NCBI GenBank assembly: GCA_019704295.1
Contig: AP024596.1
Coordinates: forward strand, 1,696,001 to 1,760,000
Length of the DNA stretch: 64,000 nt
Source: Sulfolobales archaeon HS-7
Lineage (GTDB): Archaea; Thermoproteota; Thermoprotei_A; Sulfolobales; Sulfolobaceae
Direction: 5' to 3'
Shown here: positions 40,471-50,136 of the stretch, in pieces
Numbering within the stretch: position 1 is the first letter of the stretch
Layout: each line of letters starts with the position of its first letter
Notes under the pieces: generated by a model
Told to the model about the DNA's origin: nothing
The model's database searches: none
The model's input: only the letters and a program-made list of their open reading frames with translations
Program-made: the position numbers and the translations under genes

Positions 40471-40596
40471 ATTAATTGTAAAGGAGACTATGCATCCCTA
40501 ATCGGTCTACCCATTACCACTATTAAGATAAAATTGTAATAAGGTGGCTATATATTATCATAATCTAAATCCACGTTATAAAATTGGGCAAGCTTC

Positions 40597-41307
40597 CTAC
40601 TCATCGTTATCTTTTCCGATAACTGCTGTGACTAAGGCGTCTTCTTGAGGAACTCCTATGAATTTCGGGGTTCCATTAACAGCCACAGTAGGGACTGACA
40701 TAACCTGATATTTATCTGCTATATCTGGATTTTCGTAGGCCTCCACTACTTCTGAGTGAATTAACGGCTTATTGTTTCGGTAAGCCTCGTAAGCGACCAT
40801 ATGCGCAGTGAGGGCAGCGTATGGACAGTACGGGCACGAGGGGGTCACTATCGTTTCTATTTTAGCCTCCCTATCAAGGGTTTTCAGTGTCTCAACAGTC
40901 TCAGGACTCAGACCGCTATCTCTTTGTGACAATCTTATAATTGTTTCAATAAGTGCTCTAATCTCCTCTCCTATAGGTGCTCCAGTCCATCTTAAGTAAC
41001 CGTCGAGAAAAGCGACTGTAGGAACTCTTTCAACATTAAATTTCTTGAAGACCTCCTGTGACGCGGGATCCTCTTTATCCACTACCTTAACCCTCAACAG
41101 GTATCCTTGATCTATCTTTGGGGAACTATCCTTTACGTACTCCATAAGTTTAACTGTCAAATCACAGTATCTACACTCCCTGTTCTTACTGTCCGTAAAA
41201 ACGTAAACCTCTACCTGTTCCTTCATATCCTTGAGCGCTTCAACGAGAGCGTTTTTCATTTCCTCGTTGAATAACTCTGAATATTCCTCCTCTGACATAA
41301 TTAGCAC
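40597..41307 (-). CDS. pdo: Protein disulfide oxidoreductase (two thioredoxin folds)
   Basis: CRYC and CPYC motifs, ERVPT and MSVPT cis-Pro loops. Confidence 0.9.
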   Translation of the reverse strand: MLIMSEEEYSELFNEEMKNALVEALKDMKEQVEVYVFTDSKNRECRYCDLTVKLMEYVKDSSPKIDQGYLLRVKVVDKEDPASQEVFKKFNVERVPTVAFLDGYLRWTGAPIGEEIRALIETIIRLSQRDSGLSPETVETLKTLDREAKIETIVTPSCPYCPYAALTAHMVAYEAYRNNKPLIHSEVVEAYENPDIADKYQVMSVPTVAVNGTPKFIGVPQEDALVTAVIGKDNDE

Positions 41308-41352
41308 CTAATTTTTCTCTACTTTTCTATATTTAAGTTTTGTTACTAATAA

Positions 41353-42969
41353 CTATAAATTCCTCCTTACTCCGACTTTACCTTTCAGCTCGCTTTCATT
41401 TATTACAACGTATATTGTCTCCTCTCCCACTTCCTCTCCTTTAATCCCGAATGTGGATGGCAAGTAAACTGTTTTGTCTTCGGATAGGGAGAGAGCTGCT
41501 GATGGACTCTTTACCTTGATACTCGGCGAGTCAACGAATTTTGAAATTCCTACTCCATCAATATAACCAACGCTTTCTCCAGAACCTACTCTTACAATTT
41601 TTCTTTTAATTTCAAAGTCAAATTCCTTAGGTTCACATATTTCCGAACTTATTATTAATACGTCTCCCACCCCTCTTTTCATTGCCTCGCATGCCACACT
41701 ACTTCCGGCGTAAAGTATTCTGGATATACCTGAGAAACTTAAAGAAGGTTCTTCCTCTCCTATCACGGTATAACCTGAAAAGGTGTTAATTAGCTTCACT
41801 GAAACCGGTTCGTTTACATTAACGCTTTCTCCACGCCTTAAATGAACGTAGCCATCAGAGAGAGTAAATGCGCCTATCATATAACTATCAAAAGGGGGTA
41901 AGTAAGCATAAACTTGACTTTTGCCTCGTAGGAGAATCGCTGGGAGAAACGCGTCTCTTCTTCTATCTCCTTTAATTTCATTTAAACTGTTTGCAATGAT
42001 CTCCCTTCTCTCAGTGAAGTCTAAAATCGATTTAACTAACTCCTCGAATACAATTGTAGCTGAAACAGGATTCCCAGGCAATCCAACTACTACCTTATCG
42101 TTAATAAGAGAGGCTATTGTTGGTTTCCCTGGTTTAATATCTATCCCGTAGAAAATTATTGTCCCTTTTTCAATTAATATTTTATTGACGTAATCCCTCT
42201 CACCTGCACTCGTACCTCCTACAGTTATGATTAGGTCAGAATCGTTTAACGCGGTCAGAATTTCTTTCTCCACTTTTTCCCTAACATCGGTTACGTAGAC
42301 CCTTCTAATTACAGTAGATCCCATTTCCTTAAAAGCTGCCTGCAGGAAATAGCCGTTAGAATCGAAAATTTTAGGTGCAAAATAACTGTTCACCCCTGGT
42401 TCAATTATCTCATTTCCAGTAATAATTATACTAACAGACATTGGTTTGTACACTCGAACCTTGGAAATTCCCTGAGAAGCTAGAAGAGACACCTTATAAG
42501 CCGAGATCCTTTCTCCCTTGCCTAATATCATTGTACTTTTTGATATGTCGCTCCCTATTATAGCGACGTTATCCCATGGATTTACTTTCCTCCCTACCAA
42601 CAAATGGTTTTCTCTCCTAGATGTGTCTTCAACTTTAACTACTGCATTTGCTCCATGTGGTAGGATGGATCCGGTATCGACCTCCACCGCCTGCCTTCCC
42701 TCTACCTTTACTTCTTTCGCTTCACCAATCTCTACTTTGTCGATTACCGCGAAGTCGCCAGGACTCAATTCCGACTTAATTGCGTATCCATCTACCGTAG
42801 ACCTAGAGAATGGCGGTAAGTTAATATTGGCATATACCTCCTCCGCAGATATGAAATTAAGTGAATCTAATAGGTTTACTTCAACAACTTGCCGTCTAAT
42901 TAACTTGGATAATCTCTCTCTAGCCTCATCAAGGGTTATAAGTTCCTCGTCGTTAAGAGTAATCCTCAT
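41353..42969 (-). CDS. moeA: Molybdopterin molybdotransferase MoeA with C-terminal extension
   Basis: PPFSRSTVDGYA, TGNEI, GGTSAGERD, KPGKPT and GLPGNPVSA motifs. Confidence 0.92.
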   Translation of the reverse strand: MRITLNDEELITLDEARERLSKLIRRQVVEVNLLDSLNFISAEEVYANINLPPFSRSTVDGYAIKSELSPGDFAVIDKVEIGEAKEVKVEGRQAVEVDTGSILPHGANAVVKVEDTSRRENHLLVGRKVNPWDNVAIIGSDISKSTMILGKGERISAYKVSLLASQGISKVRVYKPMSVSIIITGNEIIEPGVNSYFAPKIFDSNGYFLQAAFKEMGSTVIRRVYVTDVREKVEKEILTALNDSDLIITVGGTSAGERDYVNKILIEKGTIIFYGIDIKPGKPTIASLINDKVVVGLPGNPVSATIVFEELVKSILDFTERREIIANSLNEIKGDRRRDAFLPAILLRGKSQVYAYLPPFDSYMIGAFTLSDGYVHLRRGESVNVNEPVSVKLINTFSGYTVIGEEEPSLSFSGISRILYAGSSVACEAMKRGVGDVLIISSEICEPKEFDFEIKRKIVRVGSGESVGYIDGVGISKFVDSPSIKVKSPSAALSLSEDKTVYLPSTFGIKGEEVGEETIYVVINESELKGKVGVRRNL

Positions 42970-43000
42970 AAAAAAATGAAAGAATCTAAAACTATTAACT

Positions 43001-43333
43001 TTACGCGTTAAGCGCTATTAAGGATGCCTTTAACAGTTCCCCTAAAATAACCATGATCGAGTTTATTACCTTATCCTCGTCTATTTGCTCTCCCACCGAT
43101 TCCGCCTTTACTTCGCTAACTATTTCATTTGCTATATCCGAAACCGTCCTTTTTCCATCACACATATTCCACACGTAGAATGCCACAGGAGCTACCTCAT
43201 AAGTTCTTTCCTCATCCAACTTGATATAAAAACCCTCCTCGCTTTCGTCTTGTCCAACTGCTTCTCCTCTCTTCAGAGGTGTAACGTTTCTCATTTCTTC
43301 AAAGTTTAACGAATTATTCTCATTACTGGTCAT
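43001..43333 (-). CDS. PqqD/RRE-family protein
   Basis: YEVAPVAFYVWNMCDGKRTVSDIA...L.EL....LI pattern. Confidence 0.8.
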   Translation of the reverse strand: MTSNENNSLNFEEMRNVTPLKRGEAVGQDESEEGFYIKLDEERTYEVAPVAFYVWNMCDGKRTVSDIANEIVSEVKAESVGEQIDEDKVINSIMVILGELLKASLIALNA

Positions 43334-43755
43334 TCATCTTCGCCTTCATTATGCCTTCTGTATCCTCTCCCCCTTCCCCTAAAGTTCCTCCTCTGTGGTC
43401 TATAACCTTCTGGGGCCTCAGGAGAATTTTGAGGAATCTCCGATTCTGACGGGAATGCATCGCCGTCTGCCTCACTTATTTTACTTGTATTTCCTGCGTT
43501 AAGATTAACTTGATTCCTAAAAACGGATGTCCAGGCATTCTCGATAACTATGACTTTTCCTGCCTGAATAGAACCAGCTAATTTACCCCAAAGGGTGAGC
43601 TTCGTCCTACCAGTTTCGTCACCTACAGTAGCCTCGCTTATAGTTCTAACTCCATTCCTAGTCGTAATTTCCCTTTGCTCACCCGCTTCAAGAACTCGAA
43701 CCTTCACGTTTATATTGCTCATATTTGGTTTGAGATTACCTACTTTTTCTTCCAT
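43330..43755 (-). CDS. ssb: Crenarchaeal single-stranded DNA-binding protein
   Basis: MEEKVGNLKPNM, GDETGR.KLTLWG OB fold, and Arg/Gly-rich plus acidic tail. Confidence 0.96.
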   Translation of the reverse strand: MEEKVGNLKPNMSNINVKVRVLEAGEQREITTRNGVRTISEATVGDETGRTKLTLWGKLAGSIQAGKVIVIENAWTSVFRNQVNLNAGNTSKISEADGDAFPSESEIPQNSPEAPEGYRPQRRNFRGRGRGYRRHNEGEDE

Positions 43756-44303
43756 ACCTAATCTATCTCACTTAAGTTATGCAAGATGAGCTTAGTTGTT
43801 TACGTATAAAAATTTTTCTCTCTGAAAAAGTTTCAGAATATATTCTATAAAATGTTTACTTGTGATCTGCAAAACATGTCACTCAACCCTCAAGTGTTAC
43901 CTTACATAAGCATCTACGAATAACAACTTTACTAGATCTCATGTTAAATATATCAATAAATTAGTTTAATTTAATTTCTAAATAACATTCTTTATAACTT
44001 TTTACCTTATCTAGTTATTCCCGTTGATTGCATATTATACACTGTTGGATAAGTTTCAATGCACATTAGACTTTGTTATGAGGTCATAGAGGCATCGCCT
44101 AGTATCCTCAGGAGGAACTAGAAGTTTCTAAACTGCTAAAAGCGCCTTCTTAAGTTAGAGATATTTGTTATTTTCCACCAACGAAAAGATTGAAAACAAA
44201 GCCTTATATCAGCATTTTGAAGTAGTTTTTGCGTTAGTGTAGCGAAATTCATGAAAGTCCTGTCGCCCCCTACTTATGGAAAAGTTATCTGAAAGCTCGC
44301 TAG

Positions 44304-44768
44304 CTATTTAGAGGTTATTTTGTTTTTATTTCTCTCTTCTCCTGATATCTTACTTATTTCCTCATATAATTCGGGGTACGTATTCCTGATTTTCTTCAGG
44401 GACCACGGTTTTAATCTCTTCGACTTTACCCCCCTTATTACCGATCTAATCCACGTATCATAAATCCGATCCCCTCCTTTCACATAAAATTCGCGTAGAA
44501 TACGAAGACATTCATCATCACTCAACTGCTTAATATTACAGAGATATCTGCTCCCGACGTAAAGTATAAATCTCTTTCTGCCGTCCTTAAGCCCGGTCTT
44601 TAGAACAGTGTCAATCCATCCATATGTTATTTTATTCACGATAGGGATAGGAAAGTTTCCGTAAACATCAAATAGGAGCCCTTTATCGTCGTAGACTCTT
44701 GATATTTGACCATCAAACTCGACATAACCTGCCCGTGTCCCATCAGGATAGTAAAGAGGATACTTCAC
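44304..44768 (-). CDS. priX: DNA primase non-catalytic subunit PriX
   Basis: YPDG..AG..E, Y.WI..VL..GL.DGRKRFILYV.SRYL.NIK and WI.SVI.GV..K.L.PWSL motifs. Confidence 0.88.
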   Translation of the reverse strand: MKYPLYYPDGTRAGYVEFDGQISRVYDDKGLLFDVYGNFPIPIVNKITYGWIDTVLKTGLKDGRKRFILYVGSRYLCNIKQLSDDECLRILREFYVKGGDRIYDTWIRSVIRGVKSKRLKPWSLKKIRNTYPELYEEISKISGEERNKNKITSK

Positions 44769-44771
44769 AGA

Positions 44772-45446
44772 TCACTTTCTACCAAAATTATATAAAAACT
44801 CCTCGTCATACGGTGAGCTTAGGAGGATCCCCATCACCTTGTAGGATGATATTCTATCAATGAATTTGGTTAACGCATCTACGTTAAATTTCGGTTGGGG
44901 TAACGCTTTCAACATTTCCCTATTTTTCTCTGTAATTACAATAAAATAGGGAATCATCCTTGTTGTATCTAATCCTTCCAACTCTGCAGGATCTTCTAGG
45001 TTCAGCACGAAGTAGAAATCAGCATTTATTGCAAGTCTTTGCCTCACATCCATCATTGGTTTACGCATGCTAAGCATTATCCCCACTTTTAGATTATACC
45101 TTCTCAATACGTTAAGTGCTATTTCCGTACTAAGGTGATCTACACTGGTTCCTATACTCGGCGCATCGCCTTGAGTTATAGCGATCCAGCTCCCTAGACT
45201 ACCCATAGTTACTGCAACTGAATGTAAATGAAGTTCGTTAATGTCCCTAAGACGTTGATTTACTATTACGTACTTCTCTGAGGGAAGGACACTTCGCGCT
45301 ACACACGCTGGCAGAACTGGTAACACTCCAGGATATCCCATAGGAGAATCGGGGATGTCAATTCCGTCATAATGAGACAGCTTTTCTACTTGTCGTTTTA
45401 TTTTATCTGTTTTCCTCTTTGCGATCAATTCCGCAAGCATCAGCAT
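44772..45446 (-). CDS. Methylenetetrahydrofolate reductase-like TIM-barrel protein
   Basis: DGIDIPDSPMG, RLRDIN and TQGD motifs resemble the MetF fold; short archaeal form. Confidence 0.65.
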   Translation of the reverse strand: MLMLAELIAKRKTDKIKRQVEKLSHYDGIDIPDSPMGYPGVLPVLPACVARSVLPSEKYVIVNQRLRDINELHLHSVAVTMGSLGSWIAITQGDAPSIGTSVDHLSTEIALNVLRRYNLKVGIMLSMRKPMMDVRQRLAINADFYFVLNLEDPAELEGLDTTRMIPYFIVITEKNREMLKALPQPKFNVDALTKFIDRISSYKVMGILLSSPYDEEFLYNFGRK

Positions 45447-45996
45447 GACGATAAACTAATGATACCTGTTAATAAATTATATTCTAAAGGAAGTTAGGAT
45501 AACTCAATTAACCTGGAATTACTAAGAGGTCAATCATCATGGCGTTGCAAACAACACTTTATGATTTGCTATCCTGTCCGAAAGAATCCCTCAAGCCCTA
45601 AGGGGATACCGCATTGATCTCCATGTCCAGGGTATCCCAAGGGGGATGTTAGTTGAAGCTAAGATATACCTGGCAATCTTGAATTGGTATTTTGGTGACT
45701 TCGTAAGATGTTGTATACTTCCTCTCTAAGGTAACTATGTGAATAGTGATTTAGAACTTCACCTAGATAAACGTCGTAATCTTTCACGTTATTTACCTTG
45801 GGCAACTAGGTTTTCTTCATGACTAAATCATTGTAAGGACTCGCTATTCTTATTCCTAGAGCTACACAATAACGTCAAATTTACAATAAGTATTATTTAC
45901 TTTATTAACTAAATTTGAATGTATATGAATAATTATCCTCGCACCGTATAATCAGGACGATAGTATAGGAGAATTACGAGAAATGAAACTCCCTTA

Positions 45997-46105
45997 CTGA
46001 CTTCCTAAGTGCCCTAAAAATATCCGGCACTGTCCTCTGCTAACTTTTAATTCATAACGCTGAAATCCTCTTTTCAGCCTAGATCCTTGAGAGATACATC
46101 CTCAC
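45997..46105 (-). mobile_element. Decayed IS605/IS1341-type right end
   Basis: The - strand ends TTTAGGGCACTTAGGAAGTCAG, resembling the GGAAGTCAG terminus of Sulfolobales tnpB-only elements as I recall it. Confidence 0.35.
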
Positions 46106-46289
46106 TTGCCAGTATGTTCAATAAAGTTACTTTATATTACCCTCTACTCGTAATTAAATGGATTTAATTCTAGACTCACGTGTTTTATAACTTTTTGGTT
46201 TATTTAATTATTCATATTAATTACATATTAGACACTGTACATGTTTTCTCCGTAAAAGTGAGTCTCATTAACAGTAGTGCAGAAACTCG

Positions 46290-46370
46290 TTAGGAGGGCC
46301 TTCGATTCCCATAGTCACCAGGCCTAACAACCCTCCAACCAACATAGAATCATTTCTTTTTTTATAAGTT
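46290..46370 (-). mobile_element. Possible IS110-family non-coding leader remnant
   Basis: The - strand reads TGTTGGTTGGAGGGTT...GTGACTATGGGAATCGAAGGCCC, resembling from memory the leader upstream of Sulfolobales IS110 transposases; no transposase follows. Confidence 0.35.
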
Positions 46371-46502
46371 ATACTAACAATATCTTACTAGTGTGAGTTT
46401 TCTCAGTGAAACTGTACTATGATATTGCAATGATTATAACCCTACTTTATGCATATTAAGCAAATAAAGAACGAATATCGTATATGTATCATCAAAAAAG
46501 GC

Positions 46503-47513
46503 TTACGGCATGATAACCGTCCTGATTCGTAAATTCAATGAAATGTAGTTGCTTAGTTCTTTCGCATAGCCGTTCCTTGATCCGTCAATTATAGCGATCC
46601 TTGGTTTCGAGGTGGATATATATTCTAACGTCTCTTCGAAGTCCGCATGATCACTTAAGGCAACTCTAACCGTTCTGTTATCAATCTTTCGAACAGGTTC
46701 GTCAAACTCCCATCCAGATAGTTGAAACGCGTAATGATCGGGACTCCTCTCATAAAACCTGTTAAAATGAAGGAATTCGACGTACCATTTGTCCTTTTTA
46801 ATTTGCTCTACCGATGGATCTTTACTTTCAAATAGCTTCCCTATATTATAACCGTATTTTTCCGCTATCTTACTTATCTTAAATATCTTTCCCTCCGCTA
46901 TAAATGGAGCGTCAATTTTACTCTGCCGAAGTATCTGCATAGCCTCCTGTATTTTTCCATGATATGCAAAAACCTGAACGGGACCCTTACTAAGCGCATC
47001 AGACACGTAGTCAGAGAAAAGTTCCTCAACGTAGTCCTTAAACGGTCTAACGAATCGAGGGTTTCCATATGTTGCATCAATAATCAGGATATCTGGGTGG
47101 AGGATTTCCGTTCCCTTACCTGGTGATCTGAAGTCACCTGTATACGCTATATCGAGAAGTTTGTTTTGTACCATAAACTGTGTTGAGCCCAGTACGTGTT
47201 CAGCCTTATGTGCGCTGATCGTCTCTCCTTCTATTTCAACGCTCTGTCCGTAATTTATGGGGATTTTGATCACATCTGGAATCTTATAACCTAATACTTC
47301 TAGCACTTCTAAGGTCGCAGGGTTTGCGATTATTCCAAGCATTTGTTTTATGCTTTTGTTTATTTCGGAAATATGATCAGCATGAAAGTGCGTAACTCCT
47401 CTAAAACTAGCGAGTTCATCATGACCATCTACAACAAAGTGAACACCCAACTTTATTGCACCAGTGGGTTTCACTGTTACTAAATTCCTGAAATTAGCGA
47501 AGTTCACAATCAT
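46503..47513 (-). CDS. MBL-fold beta-CASP-type nuclease
   Basis: THFHADH, HVLGS, YTGDF, DATYG and SDHADF motifs. Confidence 0.88.
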   Translation of the reverse strand: MIVNFANFRNLVTVKPTGAIKLGVHFVVDGHDELASFRGVTHFHADHISEINKSIKQMLGIIANPATLEVLEVLGYKIPDVIKIPINYGQSVEIEGETISAHKAEHVLGSTQFMVQNKLLDIAYTGDFRSPGKGTEILHPDILIIDATYGNPRFVRPFKDYVEELFSDYVSDALSKGPVQVFAYHGKIQEAMQILRQSKIDAPFIAEGKIFKISKIAEKYGYNIGKLFESKDPSVEQIKKDKWYVEFLHFNRFYERSPDHYAFQLSGWEFDEPVRKIDNRTVRVALSDHADFEETLEYISTSKPRIAIIDGSRNGYAKELSNYISLNLRIRTVIMP

Positions 47514-47539
47514 AATATTTAGATCGCGTTAATATCCTT

Positions 47540-47655
47540 TTACTGGCGTAATACCAAGGAGGACTCGGCATCACTCTCCCATCTACGTGGGCGTCCACCG
47601 AGTCATGGCCGTCTACATTCTCTTTCCCTAGTTAGTAAAAAACTTTTCCTTTTAA
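47540..47655 (-). mobile_element. Decayed IS605-family 5' fragment
   Basis: GC-rich island; the - strand reads ACTCGGTGGACGCCCACGTAGATGGGAGAGTGATGCCGAG, resembling the 5' region of a Sulfolobales tnpB group as I recall it. Confidence 0.35.
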
Positions 47656-47793
47656 ACTATGTACCAACCAGCATGGGGGCAATTATCAGAAAGTCTGCCA
47701 ATAGTGTATGATTCTTGTGATAACCTATAATATGGTATTACTAGGGTAGTCAATTAATTCATTTCTCATAGAGAACAAATTACATGTGATACC

Positions 47794-48318
47794 TTGAGTA
47801 TAGATGTAGAGAATTCCTCTAACAATTATAACCTAGAAATCGCAACGCAGGCCGTAGAGAGCCTTGTACATATACTCTCCGCGGCTTCAGTAGTTGATAA
47901 ACTAGAGGGTCTGACTAGGAACGAAAGGGATGTAATTGCTAAATATATAGGAGAATGGATTTACGCTCTGCCTCGTATTGAGTACGTAGAGGGTATGATA
48001 GAAATAATAGGGGAAAACGTTAAGAACAGAATTACTTCCGTGATCTTTAATTTTTCTGACAGGTGGTTAGAGGAATTAATGATTGACGTAACTAGATTCT
48101 TAGCTGGCGAAAGCTCATACCTTTTAGGGCAGGACGTCGATCAGCTCAGCGAAAATATTATTGAATTTCTTCACGCTTTCGGGATAGAGAAAAATATAAT
48201 AGAACAGTTTTTAGTTGAAGAACCTATCAGGAAAACTAGAATACTCTGTTCTATACTCGCCGTTACCTTGATTATCTCGACTGTAAGTGAAAAGTTATGG
48301 TCGATGCGTTTTCAATAA
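47794..48318 (+). CDS. Hypothetical protein
   Basis: 174-aa acidic helical ORF overlapping the next gene. Confidence 0.65.
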   Translation: MSIDVENSSNNYNLEIATQAVESLVHILSAASVVDKLEGLTRNERDVIAKYIGEWIYALPRIEYVEGMIEIIGENVKNRITSVIFNFSDRWLEELMIDVTRFLAGESSYLLGQDVDQLSENIIEFLHAFGIEKNIIEQFLVEEPIRKTRILCSILAVTLIISTVSEKLWSMRFQ

Positions 48319-48611
48319 TATCTGAGAAAGTTGTAGATGTTGCAATAAAATACGGTTGTGAAATTACCGTTCAGAAGGACGAAATAATATCTATCGAAGG
48401 AGTTGCAATGAGTGATATGATAGAAGCGGTAGCCAAGAGAACAGGCTTTTGGCTCTCTAAAAAGGAAGGAAGTTCATTCTTCTGTAATATATGTTCTAAG
48501 GGTCCTTTCACTAAACGTGGTCTTTACCTTCATTTATCTAGACTTCACCGGAGTGAGATCAAAAGGATTATTGAAGAAGAGCTTAAGGTTGAGGTTAAGA
48601 AATTTACGTGA
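48297..48611 (+). CDS. C2H2 zinc-finger protein
   Basis: FFCNICSKGPFTKRGLYLHLSRLH. Confidence 0.82.
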   Translation: MVDAFSIISEKVVDVAIKYGCEITVQKDEIISIEGVAMSDMIEAVAKRTGFWLSKKEGSSFFCNICSKGPFTKRGLYLHLSRLHRSEIKRIIEEELKVEVKKFT

Positions 48612-48907
48612 AGTTTCCTGCCATCATGAATAAGACATTTTCACCTCGCGATTTCCTGCTCTGCCGGGAAACCTCGTTTCCTCTTCACCCGAAGCGGAGG
48701 TTCCATAGAACGGTACCGTTCTGTAATGCCCTGTCTGGAAGACGGATTACGCAGGGTTCTCTCTCTCCACAGGCTTAAGTTCGCGATCCCAGGGGTACTG
48801 ACCAAGCTCTTACAGCCGTGGTCTAAGAAATTTTTGATATAGAAATATGAAAACCCTTTTATAAGGGCAATCCATCCACTCCCTTACGGAAGGGGACCTT
48901 CGCTTCC
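48608..48907 (-). mobile_element. Non-autonomous IS200/IS605-derived miniature element (about 300 bp) with both ends and a structured RNA-like core
   Basis: Left end follows GTTAA (GGAAGCGAAGGTCCCCTTCCGTAAGGGAGTGGATGG); right end CAGGAAACTTCAC; internal hairpins; no ORF. Confidence 0.75.
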
Positions 48908-48987
48908 TTAACCTCATTAAGTTAAAAGGGATTAACTATATTTAACTCGATGATAAGGACTAAATTTTCGTCGTTTTACAGTAATTT

Positions 48988-50136
48988 TTATCCAGAATCA
49001 CTCAACATTCTGTCCAACTCCTCCTTTAAATCTTCTACATCCTCAATACCTACAGAAAGCCTCAATAAGGTATCCGTAAGTCCAATTTTTTTCCTTTCTT
49101 CTGCAGTTAAACTCCTATGACTCATAGTCGCTGGATGGGATATTACGGAGTTTACTCCTCCCAAGGTTTGCGCTGGAATTATTAAATTACCCTTCTTCAT
49201 TACTGAAATTGCATCATTTCCCGTTCCTTTCACTTCGAAACTAATTACCCCACCATATCCTCTCAGAAGTCTTCTAGCTCTTTTGTAATCAGGATGAGAA
49301 CTAAGTCCTGGATAGATAACTTTGGAAACCTTTGGATGGTCCTCAAGAAATTCTGCTAATGCTAAGCTGTTTTGATTTATCGCGTCCATTCTTACCTTCA
49401 ACGTTTTAATACCTCGTATAGCCATATAGGCCGCATGGGGATCTATTGACGTTCCCAGTGTTCTTCGTAACAAATCTATAGAATTCATCGCGTTCCCAGA
49501 ACCTATGACAAATCCAGCGATTACGTCATTATGACCTATTAAGAACTTAGAACCGCTGTGTACTACAATGGCATTACAGTACATTAACGGATTTAGGTTA
49601 ATAGGTGTAGCAAAAGTGTTGTCCACAATTAAAGTAATCCCGTTTTCCTTTGATTCCGCACATAACCTCTCCAAGTCGGGTACTCTTAATAAGGGGTTCG
49701 TTATTGTCTCTACGAAAACAAAATTAGGTTTGGCTATTATATCAGTAGGCAAGGTTCCTGTTTCAACTACTTTAACTTTAACACCCCACTTGCTGAGGAA
49801 ATCAGTAAAAAACCTTAAAGTCCTCCCAAAAATATCCATCTGTAAGGAAACGAGATCTCCAGGTTTTATCAGTGATAAAACTGTCGTAGAAATTGCCCCC
49901 ATTCCTGATGAGAAGGAAATGCCTCTTTCTCCTAGTTCAATCGACGCTACAAGTTCGTTCAACCTCTCAACTGTTGGATTAAGCTCTCTAGAATACCTGT
50001 ATTTCTCCCCAACCGGAAAGGCGAATGATGTCGTTTGATAAATAGGTGTGGTTATTGCCCCAGTTAAAGGTTCTATTTTCTCAGCAACTAACTTACTTCC
50101 TATTCTCAATTTTAGTTCCTTTTGCGAAGTCTGCAT
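48988..50136 (-). CDS. metB: Cystathionine gamma-synthase (Cys/Met PLP enzyme)
   Basis: PIYQTTSF, YSRELNPT, FSSGMGAI, DNTFATP, HSGSKFL.GHND and RLSVGIED; in an operon with homoserine kinase. Confidence 0.88.
   Translation of the reverse strand: MQTSQKELKLRIGSKLVAEKIEPLTGAITTPIYQTTSFAFPVGEKYRYSRELNPTVERLNELVASIELGERGISFSSGMGAISTTVLSLIKPGDLVSLQMDIFGRTLRFFTDFLSKWGVKVKVVETGTLPTDIIAKPNFVFVETITNPLLRVPDLERLCAESKENGITLIVDNTFATPINLNPLMYCNAIVVHSGSKFLIGHNDVIAGFVIGSGNAMNSIDLLRRTLGTSIDPHAAYMAIRGIKTLKVRMDAINQNSLALAEFLEDHPKVSKVIYPGLSSHPDYKRARRLLRGYGGVISFEVKGTGNDAISVMKKGNLIIPAQTLGGVNSVISHPATMSHRSLTAEERKKIGLTDTLLRLSVGIEDVEDLKEELDRMLSDSG

Noticed and set aside
40162-40539. 125-aa + strand ORF
   Set aside because: No recognisable motif; overlaps an IS605-type right end on the opposite strand.
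43756-44303. AT-rich spacer between ssb and priX as a replication origin
   Set aside because: No ORB-like repeats and no cdc6/whiP gene nearby.
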